This document shows, piece after piece, positions 55,206-63,220 of a stretch of DNA of 64,000 nucleotides. Origin of the DNA: Candidatus Binatus sp. (lineage in GTDB: Bacteria > Desulfobacterota > Binatia > Binatales > Binataceae); the NCBI RefSeq assembly GCF_049584895.1, contig NZ_JBAUYR010000001.1, positions 321 through 64,320 of the forward strand, in the 5' to 3' direction. Position 1 is the first letter of the stretch. Every line of letters begins with the position of its first letter. The notes beneath the pieces were generated by a model that was not told the origin of the DNA, did no database searches, and saw only the letters and a list, made by a program, of their open reading frames with translations. A program made the position numbers and the translations under genes.

Positions 55206-55559
55206 ATGAACTCTTTTGTGAAAAGAGCATTAGCAGTCGTACTCGCGGCGATGATGGTGTTGGCCGTAGTTGGATGTGAGGGCGAACCTTTATCAACCCG
55301 CGAGAAAGGCACATTCGTTGGAACCGGACTCGGTGCCGCGACCGGCGCGATCATCGGAGCCGCCACCGGGAATCCTTTGGCTGGTGCAGCGATCGGCGGA
55401 GTGCTGGGCGGAGGAACAGGCTTCCTGGCCGGAAACGCGCTGCAGAACGAGGAGCATCACCAGAAACAAATCGACGAGGAACTGAGCGAGCAGCAGAGGG
55501 AAATTGAGCGGCAACGCCGCGAGATCGAGGAGCTCAAGCAAATGGCGGAGCTTGAGTGA
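55206..55559 (+). CDS. glycine-zipper lipoprotein with a C-terminal coiled coil
   Basis: 117 aa with the RBS AGGAGG. It has a lipobox-like LAVVGC and a glycine zipper GTGLGAATGAIIGAATGNPLAGAAIGGVLGGGTGFLAG. The tail is charged and heptad-like: EELSEQQREIERQRREIEELK. Confidence 0.75.
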   Translation: MNSFVKRALAVVLAAMMVLAVVGCEGEPLSTREKGTFVGTGLGAATGAIIGAATGNPLAGAAIGGVLGGGTGFLAGNALQNEEHHQKQIDEELSEQQREIERQRREIEELKQMAELE

Positions 55560-55634
55560 GTAGCGTCTTGGCGGCGATTCTCTCGACGGACTAATGCGCC
55601 TGCCGTAATCGCATCAGTGGCACGTCAGGTACCT

Positions 55635-55784
55635 AATGATGCGGTCATCGAGGCGTTCGGACACGTAAAGTATCCCGGTTACTCCGCTGACATTGTTGCG
55701 CTGGGATCAAGAGAAAGGCGAGATGCCACGCATTCGCCTGAACAACGATGCCCCACCGAGGGAGGCACCAGCGCGTGCCCCTAG
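55635..55784 (+). pseudogene. possible remnant of a DUF59/Mrp N-terminal domain gene
   Basis: The translation NDAVIEAFGHVKYPGYSADIVALGS...EGGTSACP* resembles the v..al..VkyPGfs.dIv.lG ... t.aCP pattern of the Mrp/ApbC N-terminal domain. It ends in a stop and has no ATPase body. Confidence 0.25.
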
Positions 55785-56059
55785 GCATGGAGATGCGCCA
55801 TCTGTCGTTGTGGCGTCCGCATCGTTCCGGCTGCCCTACGGAGGAGATCCGTGAAGGTTTCTGCTGCCATGTTTGACCTCGCGCCCCCCGCGAGGTGCTC
55901 AAACCATCGCGCAAAATTCCATTGAAAGCGAGCGCCGAATTGACAGTCTCCGCAGATCGTTGTCGAAGGGCGTTCCGTTTTGGTTAGAAATTTAGTAGAG
56001 ACGGTGAAGCGAATCACTCGAGCAAATCTCCTGGCGACATCGCGCTCACGGAGGCCTAC

Positions 56060-57379
56060 ATGACGCCACAATCCATCGACTACGATGCGCTGGTCAGCGA
56101 GGACAGGGTCCACGGCCGGGTCTATCTCGATCCCGATATCTTCGAGGACGAGATCGCCAGGATCTTTCATCGAGGTTGGGTCTACGTGGGGCACAGCGGC
56201 GAGATTCCGGCGGCAGGTGACTACAGGCTGAAGAAGATCGGACGCGCACCCGTGATCATGGTGCGCGATGATGGTGGCGAGGTGCGCCTATTGCTAAACA
56301 GATGCCGCCATCGGGCCGCTACTGTATGTCAGATCGCACAGGGCAACGCGAAGTTTTTCCGATGCGCGTATCACGGCTGGACTTATCGGAACAACGGCGA
56401 GCTCAGCGCCGTCACCTATCAGGACGGCTATGGTGGAACGTTGCGCAAAGAAGAGCTGGGCCTTACCAACGTTCCACGAATGGGAACCTATCGCGGCTTT
56501 GTGTTCGGCAGTCTCGCGGCGGACGGAATCTCGCTCGATGAACATCTTGGTGCGGCCAAGGATCAGATCGACTTGTTTGTCGATCTGTCGCCCGAAGGCG
56601 AGCTCGACGTGCGCGCGGGCGTGAACAAATACAGCTATACGGGCAACTGGAAGCTGCAGATCGAGAACGCGATCGACGGCTATCATCCGAACCTGGTACA
56701 TCAGTCGACTTTCGAGATCATTCGGAAGCGGACCAGGAGCACGATGGATGTGTTTAACGGCAATTCGATCGGCGAGACGCGCGATCTGGGCAATGGTCAT
56801 GTGATGCTCGATTTCCGCAAGTACAATCGGGCCGCGGCTCGCGGGCCGAGGGTCCTGCCAACAATCTCCGGCCGAGGCCCTGGATATAAGGATGCGATGG
56901 TCCAGCGCTACGGAGCCGCGCGCGCTGAGGAGATTATCAATGCGGGTGGCACTCATCTGTTGGTGTTCCCGAACTTGATTCTTATTGGCGTGCAGATTCG
57001 CGTGGTCCAGCCCGTAAGCACCGAATACACAGAGGTCTACCTGTATCCGACGCTTCTAAAGGGCGTTGCACCGGAGATGAACATCGCGCGTCTGCGCGGT
57101 CATGACGGATTCTACGGTCCTGCGGGCGGAGTTGCTCCTGATGATATCGAGATGTTCGCGCGGGTGCAGGATGGGCTGCGTGCGGAAGTCGATCCGTGGC
57201 TTCTGTTCTCGCGCGGATTACATCGTGAACGCCGCGACGCCGACGGCAGCATCGTCGGACAGATGACCGATGAAGTTCCACAGCGCGGTATATGGTCCCA
57301 TTGGAAAAAGGTGATGACGGGCGAGTCTGAACTTTCGCATCATCGGGTGGACCTCCGCAAAGTTGCAGCAGCCGACTGA
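56060..57379 (+). CDS. aromatic ring-hydroxylating dioxygenase, large (alpha, Rieske) subunit
   Basis: 439 aa. The Rieske motif reads CRHRAATVC...CAYHGWTY. The mononuclear-iron region reads NWKLQIENAIDGYHPNLVHQS. Confidence 0.9.
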   Translation: MTPQSIDYDALVSEDRVHGRVYLDPDIFEDEIARIFHRGWVYVGHSGEIPAAGDYRLKKIGRAPVIMVRDDGGEVRLLLNRCRHRAATVCQIAQGNAKFFRCAYHGWTYRNNGELSAVTYQDGYGGTLRKEELGLTNVPRMGTYRGFVFGSLAADGISLDEHLGAAKDQIDLFVDLSPEGELDVRAGVNKYSYTGNWKLQIENAIDGYHPNLVHQSTFEIIRKRTRSTMDVFNGNSIGETRDLGNGHVMLDFRKYNRAAARGPRVLPTISGRGPGYKDAMVQRYGAARAEEIINAGGTHLLVFPNLILIGVQIRVVQPVSTEYTEVYLYPTLLKGVAPEMNIARLRGHDGFYGPAGGVAPDDIEMFARVQDGLRAEVDPWLLFSRGLHRERRDADGSIVGQMTDEVPQRGIWSHWKKVMTGESELSHHRVDLRKVAAAD

Positions 57380-57391
57380 AGGAAGGCGGAC

Positions 57392-57865
57392 GTGTCGGAG
57401 GAACGATCGAAAGTCGAGAGTTTTCTCTATCGTGAAGCGCGCCTGATGGACGAGAACGTCTACGATGAATGGCTTTCGTTGTGGACGGAGGACGCGCTCT
57501 ACTGGGTCCCATGCAATCGCGACGATAGCGATCCCGCGCGCGAAATCTCGGCGATCTATGACGACCGCGCGCGGCTGCAGGTCCGCATCGATCGCCTGAA
57601 GAGCGGGGTGGCATACGCGCAGGACCCAAAATCGCGAATGCGCCGTCTCATTTCGAATATTGAAATCGAGAAAGCAGACAACGGCGATCTGATCGTGAGT
57701 TCGAACTTCCTGCTGGTCGAGCTCAGGCGCTCAAAACAGGACGTCTTTGCCGGACGCACGATTCATCGGCTCCGGTCCGAGGGCGACAGCTTCAGAATTT
57801 CTCACAAGAAAGTGCTGCTGGTTAACAACGATGAGGTGATCGACAACCTGACCTTTCTTCTCTGA
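57392..57865 (+). CDS. aromatic ring-hydroxylating dioxygenase, small (beta) subunit
   Basis: 157 aa with a GTG start and GAAGGAAGG upstream. VESFLYREARLMDE..YDEWLSLWTED..YW is the typical beta-subunit (SnoaL-like) N-terminus. Confidence 0.85.
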   Translation: MSEERSKVESFLYREARLMDENVYDEWLSLWTEDALYWVPCNRDDSDPAREISAIYDDRARLQVRIDRLKSGVAYAQDPKSRMRRLISNIEIEKADNGDLIVSSNFLLVELRRSKQDVFAGRTIHRLRSEGDSFRISHKKVLLVNNDEVIDNLTFLL

Positions 57866-57871
57866 AAGCTG

Positions 57872-58246
57872 GTGTGCCTATTAGCCGAATATCTATCCAA
57901 CCCACCTGCCGAAGAGATCGTCCGATCGTGGTTGCAACGCGGCAACTTTCGCAATGCCGCCAAAGCGGTAATCGACGATTCGTGGGTGCCGAATGCGACT
58001 CCGCAGCCTCGGCTCACGTCGATCAAGACGGCGATCAATGATCTCTTCTCGGCCGGCGATCGGGCTCCGTTTCACATCACACAGCATGGCAAATACGACA
58101 GCGGAATCGACGGCCTCACGGCGGAGCATGTCGGCCGCGACGCGACTCTCTATGTAGCTGGAGTTGCGCGGGTCCAGGACCGGATGGTGAGTGAGGTTCG
58201 GGCGATCAGCGACAGATGGGGCCTGAAGCGCCAGCTGCAACGTTGA
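57872..58246 (+). CDS. hypothetical protein
   Basis: 124-aa GTG-initiated ORF filling the gap between the dioxygenase beta subunit (ends 57865) and the P450 gene. No family was recognised. An antisense ORF of similar length also exists, so coding status is uncertain. Confidence 0.4.
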   Translation: MCLLAEYLSNPPAEEIVRSWLQRGNFRNAAKAVIDDSWVPNATPQPRLTSIKTAINDLFSAGDRAPFHITQHGKYDSGIDGLTAEHVGRDATLYVAGVARVQDRMVSEVRAISDRWGLKRQLQR

Positions 58247-58261
58247 CAAGGAGTGATGGCG

Positions 58262-59479
58262 ATGAACTTGGATTACGACCCTTTTTCTCCTGAGTTTCGC
58301 AGAGATCCCTATTCAGTATACGAAGAGCTGCGCCGCTCCGCGCCGGTCTATTGGGCAGAGCGGTCGAAGACCTGGGTGGTCTCGCGGTACGACGACGTGG
58401 CCGGCATCCTCAAGGACACCCGGCGTTTCTCTTCAGATGCGATGGCGACGGTCCTGACGGGCTCGACCCGCCCTCAGCCAGGCGCATCCATGCCTGCGGG
58501 TTCCCCGCGGCCAAGTCTGGTGACCAGCGATCCACCGGTGCACACGGGACTGCGCAACATTCTCAATCGCGGTTTCACCCCAAGGCAGATCTCGGCCTGG
58601 AAGCCGGCGGTCGAAAGAGCAGTGAGCGAATCCATCGATTCGATCCGCGCCGCGCGCCGCTTCGATGTGATCGCGCAGCTCGCAATTCCGGTGCCTGTCA
58701 TCGTGATCGCGCAGGTGCTGGGAGTCGAACCCGAGCGCTACCCGGATTTCAAGCGGTGGGCCACCGTCATTACCGTGGGAATGAACGGTTCGAAGCGCCA
58801 TCTCGGCTTTGTCGGGAGCGGTGCGGCCGCGGCGAGCGCCGAGATGTCAGAGTATTTGCGCGGCACCATCGCACGCCGCACGGCTGAAGACGGACACGAT
58901 CTGATAAGCGTCCTGGTCCGCGCCAGCGAAGGCGAAGTTCTGACGCCAGACGAGGCGATCATCTTCGCGAACCTGCTATTGTTCGCAGGAACCGAGACGA
59001 CAGCAAACCTGATTGGCAATGCCGCCTATGCGTTGCTCACCCATCCTGAAGTTCTGGCGCGCGTGCATGCCGCCCCGGATCTAATACCCGCGACAATCGA
59101 GGAGACGCTTCGCGGGGATCCTCCAGTGCACTATCTGTTTAGGCGCGCGACTGAGCCGGTAGAGATTGCCGGCATCGCAATTCCCAAGGACGCTATCGTG
59201 ACGGTGCTGCTGGGTTCGGCGAATCGCGACGAGACCGCATTCGGAAGCGATGCAGCGGTTTTCAATATTGACCGCAAGAACCAAGTGCCACACATCGCCT
59301 TCGGCTTCGGCATCCATTTCTGTCTCGGCGCCGCGCTCGCCAGAATGGAAGCGACAACGTCGCTCCAGCAGCTCGTTCCAGTATTGGCCAGCGCTCGCAG
59401 GGTAACTGAGCAATTGGAATTTGTCGATTCATTTCAATTCCGCGGGCTCGCCTCGCTGGAAATGGAATGGAGGTGCTGA
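58262..59479 (+). CDS. cytochrome P450
   Basis: The haem-binding loop is FGFGIHFCLGAALAR, with AGTETT in the I-helix and ETLR in the K-helix. The ATG at 58262 lies 8 nt after AAGGAG; the ORF-track GTG at 58253 overlaps that RBS. Confidence 0.9.
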   Translation: MNLDYDPFSPEFRRDPYSVYEELRRSAPVYWAERSKTWVVSRYDDVAGILKDTRRFSSDAMATVLTGSTRPQPGASMPAGSPRPSLVTSDPPVHTGLRNILNRGFTPRQISAWKPAVERAVSESIDSIRAARRFDVIAQLAIPVPVIVIAQVLGVEPERYPDFKRWATVITVGMNGSKRHLGFVGSGAAAASAEMSEYLRGTIARRTAEDGHDLISVLVRASEGEVLTPDEAIIFANLLLFAGTETTANLIGNAAYALLTHPEVLARVHAAPDLIPATIEETLRGDPPVHYLFRRATEPVEIAGIAIPKDAIVTVLLGSANRDETAFGSDAAVFNIDRKNQVPHIAFGFGIHFCLGAALARMEATTSLQQLVPVLASARRVTEQLEFVDSFQFRGLASLEMEWRC

Positions 59480-59708
59480 CGCGGGACCGTAACGCCCCCG
59501 GTGCCTTCTCACTACTTGAGAAGTGGCGGAATAATCTGGGAAGCGAAGACGAAAAATAGCTTACCCTCTTATGCAATATTCAGGCAAGGCGAGCGAGGCG
59601 AGTTATCAAAAAACTTGAAGCCGGAAAGCCCATTTCGTGTAATCGCGGCAATCTCTTCAATCTCAACTAAAGCCGCCGTCGATTCGCGCGCCGCTAACGA
59701 GCAAATTC

Positions 59709-60017
59709 CTACATAGGAGAACCAGCGCTCTTGGGCGCTGCCATCGGCGGCTCGTTGCCGGACTGGGCCTGCTTCGACGACTTGGCCGAGGCCTTGGCCG
59801 CGGCTTCCGCCTGCCGCTTGCAGCTATTGACGCTCGAAGTCGAGATATTCAGATCCGTAGCGATATCCTTGGCATGCTTGCCGCTATTGACCTCGTTCAT
59901 CACCGCGTCGCAATCGACCCAATCGTCAGCGAATGCGGGGGGTGCACTGGTCGCGAATGTGACAGTCGTCACAAGCATCGCCGAGGCCGCTGCAAGCAAA
60001 ACTTTTTTCGTCAGCAT
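59709..60017 (-). CDS. small exported protein
   Basis: 102 aa. The signal peptide MLTKKVLLAAASAMLVTTVTFATSAPPAFA is followed by a short helical segment and an Ala/Lys/Ser-rich tail. Confidence 0.55.
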   Translation of the reverse strand: MLTKKVLLAAASAMLVTTVTFATSAPPAFADDWVDCDAVMNEVNSGKHAKDIATDLNISTSSVNSCKRQAEAAAKASAKSSKQAQSGNEPPMAAPKSAGSPM

Positions 60018-60244
60018 CTTCTTTCCGCGCCGAGGTTAGTGTTCCTTCAAACGACTGACAGTATTTCAAAATACAGCTGTAGCTACTAGAGACTCCGAAT
60101 GCCGCAAAAGGCCCCTAGTTTTGGGCGTATTTGGAATTTCTAGTAGCCGCAGCCGCACGTTCGGCAATTGCGTGCAGTATCAGTGCCCGCACCCTGGATT
60201 CACACCGTCCGCGATAGCACAGCGTTCGACGACCGATGCACTGG

Positions 60245-61123
60245 TCAGCGACTTGTATTCATTTGCTGGCGGATGTCGCTGATCTGTTGCCGTAGCTGGT
60301 TGATATAGGTCTGCTGCTCCTGGATTTGCCGCTGCAGCTCAAAGGAAGAGGCCGACCAGTTGTTGCCGGCTCCGCTAGCAGGAGCAGCTTGCCATTCTTC
60401 CACTGGTGTCTTTTGAGTCTCACAGCTTGCAGCCGGTACTTCCTGCTCGAGGCATTGTCGCAACTGAGAGCGTTCAGCCTGTAAGTGTGCGATCTCTTCG
60501 CGCTGTTCCTGAAGCCGCCGAATGATTTGGGCTTGCTGATCGGCGGTGTCGGGCGCTTGCGCTGTACCTGCGATGCTCGCGCCAATTGCGGCGCCGCTCA
60601 TTGCTGTCGAAGGCTGCCCGTTGCTGAATGATCCAACCATACCGCCGATGGCCGCTCCTGTTGCTATCGCCGCAGTCTTGTTCACCACGGCCGGTATCTG
60701 ACGTACCGCGCACCCGACGGTCTCATGGTCCACTAGCTCGACCGCCTTACCGGTTATCGTCACCTCAGAGCCGATGGCGTTCTGCTGCGATTTCACGTCG
60801 ATCACAGCGTCCACGTCGTTGGGATATTTGCCGAGCGCCATGGACTGCAGCCGCTTCGCCATCTGCGTCCCATCCGGATCGATGACCGAATCGGTGAACG
60901 ACTCGTCGAATTTCAGGGTGCCCAGCTCGTGATAACACTGCCCCGGCAGATCCTGCTCCGAAACATAGATCCAGCGATCGGACGATCGCGGCTGCATCGA
61001 CTCGGGCCGCGGAACCTGAGTCGCACAGGCACAAGCGATCGTAGCAAGAGCTAAAATCCACAGTCTTTCAAAGTTAGCGGCAAGCAGGCCACGACCTATC
61101 TTCAATGATCGTCGTACTTCCAT
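60245..61123 (-). CDS. lipoprotein-like envelope protein with a glycine zipper and Gln-rich coiled coil
   Basis: It has a hydrophobic leader LWILALATIACAC and a globular segment YHELGTLKFDE...VDAVIDVKS...ITGKAVEL. The glycine zipper reads ATGAAIGGMVGS...GAAIGASIAG. Coiled-coil segments read IIRRLQEQREEIAHLQAERSQL and ...QTYINQLRQQISDIRQQ. The start is uncertain (61123 or 61168). Confidence 0.6.
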   Translation of the reverse strand: MEVRRSLKIGRGLLAANFERLWILALATIACACATQVPRPESMQPRSSDRWIYVSEQDLPGQCYHELGTLKFDESFTDSVIDPDGTQMAKRLQSMALGKYPNDVDAVIDVKSQQNAIGSEVTITGKAVELVDHETVGCAVRQIPAVVNKTAAIATGAAIGGMVGSFSNGQPSTAMSGAAIGASIAGTAQAPDTADQQAQIIRRLQEQREEIAHLQAERSQLRQCLEQEVPAASCETQKTPVEEWQAAPASGAGNNWSASSFELQRQIQEQQTYINQLRQQISDIRQQMNTSR

Positions 61124-61295
61124 AACACTGGTACGTCTTGCGCATCTCACGGCTTCAAAAAATGCCAAGTTGGGTTCCAGTCCGTCGAGTCACGGCGCAG
61201 GGGATGACGGCTGCGGCGGATCGTTCGAGAGCGCGATCGCTGGCAGGCGATCGCGGCACTGACGCGGCGGTGTTATGCGTCATCGCGTTTCGCGG

Positions 61296-61386
61296 GGAGA
61301 GGTGGCCGAGCCCGGTTTAAGGCGCACGCCTGGAACGCGTGTAGACTCGAAAGGGTCTCGGGAGTTCGAATCCCCCCTCTCCGCCA
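61296..61386 (+). tRNA. tRNA-Ser (anticodon GGA), type II with a long variable arm and encoded CCA
   Basis: Hand fold. The acceptor GGAGAGG pairs with CCTCTCC. U8 is present. The anticodon stem CACGC/GCGTG carries the loop CTGGAAC. The variable arm is GACTC-GAAA-GGGTC, the T-loop is TTCGAAT, and the discriminator G is followed by CCA. The T-stem does not pair canonically in my fold (see findings). Confidence 0.75.
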
Positions 61387-61480
61387 TTCAGTTTTCACCT
61401 CCAGCGTTTCTCCACGGAATTCGTGGAAAATGTCGCGATCCATCGTCTTGTTCGCAAGATCGCCTGCTGATGCGAGTGCT

Positions 61481-62911
61481 TTATAAGGGTCGGCGCCGAT
61501 GCCACTCAGTAGTTGTCTGGTAAGCATGAGCTACTCGTAGAATGGTCGCTTCTTCGAAAGGCCTTCCTATGATCTGAAAACCTAGCGGCAGCCCTTCGGT
61601 CGAAAATCCACACCTCACGGAAATGGCAGGTAATCCCATCATGTTAGCGGGTCTCGTCAGTCGCGATAAGCTTGTACCGACCGCTATCTGTCTGTTGCCG
61701 AGCGTAATAACTTCCTGGCCGATTGGAGTCGCCGCAATCGGAGTGGTCGGCGCTACCAGCACGTCGAACCGGTTCATTGCCTGGGCGGTTTGCTCACACA
61801 ATAGCCGGCGGAAACGCTGGGCCTTCAGGTATTGCGAAGCCGACACCATTGCGCCCATGAGCAGCCGGAGCCTTACGTCGGCGCCATATTCATAGGCGCG
61901 CTCGCGAAGGAAGTGCTCATGCACCGCATAAGACTCTGCTGTCATGATGGCCAGGGAAGTGCCCGGCACGTGGTTCATCAGAGGCAACGAAAGTTCCTCC
62001 ACCTGCGCACCCAGGTCGAGCAAGTGTCCGACCGCCGTCTCGACGGCGCTTTTTACGTCGTCGCTGAGGTCTTCTGCGAAGAAACCGCGCAAGCAACCGA
62101 CACGAATTCCTCGTATGCTATCTTCCAATCCTTGTGAGTAATCCGGAACCTGCCGATGAGCACTGGCCGGATCTCGAGAATCCGTTCCGGCAATCGCACG
62201 CAATACCAGCGCTGCATCGCGAGCATTTTTCGTGAGCACTCCGATATGATCCAGAGAGTTGCACAGCGGAAAGACGCCATCGCGGCTGATGCGGCCGTAG
62301 GTCGGCTTGAGTCCGGTCGTACCGCAAAGCGAAGACGGTATCCGGACCGAGCCGCCGGTATCGGTGCCAAGGGTTGCCATCGCCATCGAAGCGGCGACCG
62401 CCACGGCCGAACCGCCACTCGAGCCACCGGGGATGCGATCCGGATTCCATGGATTCCGGGCATTGCCGAAGTGCGGATTAATTGAGGTCGCGCCCCACGC
62501 AAACTCGTGGAGGTGCAAGGTGCCGAGCAATACCGCGCCCGCTTCCCTCAACCTAGCCACGACCGTCGCATCGCGCGTCGACACGCGATCGCCAAGTACC
62601 CTGGAACCACAAGTCATGCGCACGCCCTTAACCGCGATGATGTCCTTCAGCGCAATCGGGATGCCGTGAAGCGGGCCTCGGTAATGTCCGCGGGCGATTT
62701 CGTTTTCAGCAGTCCGGGCCTGGCTAATGGCGTCATCGGCCAGCACGGTCAGAAAAGCATTCAGCGAGCCGTTGAGCTTAGAGATGCGCTCAAGATGCCA
62801 GCGAGTAATCTCGACTGGCGAGAGCTTTCGTTCCTGGATCAGCGGGCTGAGGTCGCTGATCGTTGCTGAGACAAAGTCCTGGTCACTCACTGTCATTCGG
62901 CTTTGCGACAA
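61481..62911 (-). CDS. amidase-signature family hydrolase (GatA/AtzE-like)
   Basis: 476 aa with the catalytic Lys in IALKDIIAVKG and the signature GGSSGGSAVAVA. Confidence 0.85.
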   Translation of the reverse strand: MSQSRMTVSDQDFVSATISDLSPLIQERKLSPVEITRWHLERISKLNGSLNAFLTVLADDAISQARTAENEIARGHYRGPLHGIPIALKDIIAVKGVRMTCGSRVLGDRVSTRDATVVARLREAGAVLLGTLHLHEFAWGATSINPHFGNARNPWNPDRIPGGSSGGSAVAVAASMAMATLGTDTGGSVRIPSSLCGTTGLKPTYGRISRDGVFPLCNSLDHIGVLTKNARDAALVLRAIAGTDSRDPASAHRQVPDYSQGLEDSIRGIRVGCLRGFFAEDLSDDVKSAVETAVGHLLDLGAQVEELSLPLMNHVPGTSLAIMTAESYAVHEHFLRERAYEYGADVRLRLLMGAMVSASQYLKAQRFRRLLCEQTAQAMNRFDVLVAPTTPIAATPIGQEVITLGNRQIAVGTSLSRLTRPANMMGLPAISVRCGFSTEGLPLGFQIIGRPFEEATILRVAHAYQTTTEWHRRRPL

Positions 62912-63095
62912 CCATGATTAGCGCAGGTTCGACCTGGTCCGGCGTCAAATCCAGTTGGTCGAGCCGATCTAACCCTTCGAGTAATGTCGCGGTTTGCGAT
63001 TCCAATTGAGTAAGCTCAGTCGGATCCAAAGATACGCATGAATTCTCGATACCAGCTTTGACAATGGCGGCGAGCCTCGCACGATCTATAGTCAT
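62883..63095 (-). CDS. GatC/AtzG-like small subunit (DUF4089-type)
   Basis: 70-aa ORF overlapping the amidase start. LDPTELTQLESQTATLLEGLDRLDQLDL..DQVEPA follows the GatC pattern (l...l..il.....l.e.d...vEP). Confidence 0.5.
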   Translation of the reverse strand: MTIDRARLAAIVKAGIENSCVSLDPTELTQLESQTATLLEGLDRLDQLDLTPDQVEPALIMVVAKPNDSE

Positions 63096-63220
63096 ATCGG
63101 AATTGGCTCCTTGTACTTAAACAAAGGACGTTACGGCCTCTTACTCAGTCCCACGAGTCTGTCCCGATGCGTCATGAGCCTTGCCAATCTCACAATCCGC
63201 GGTACCGAATACCTGGCTGG

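Noticed and set aside
55618-55632. TGGCAC-N5-GTAC, considered as a sigma54 promoter for the Rieske dioxygenase
   Set aside because: The -12 element lacks the invariant GC, and the site lies about 430 nt from the start codon.
55645-56194. Two overlapping minus-strand ORFs (89 and 137 aa) upstream of the Rieske gene
   Set aside because: They have no motifs or RBS. One overlaps the start of the well-supported dioxygenase gene. The region is better explained as decayed or non-coding.
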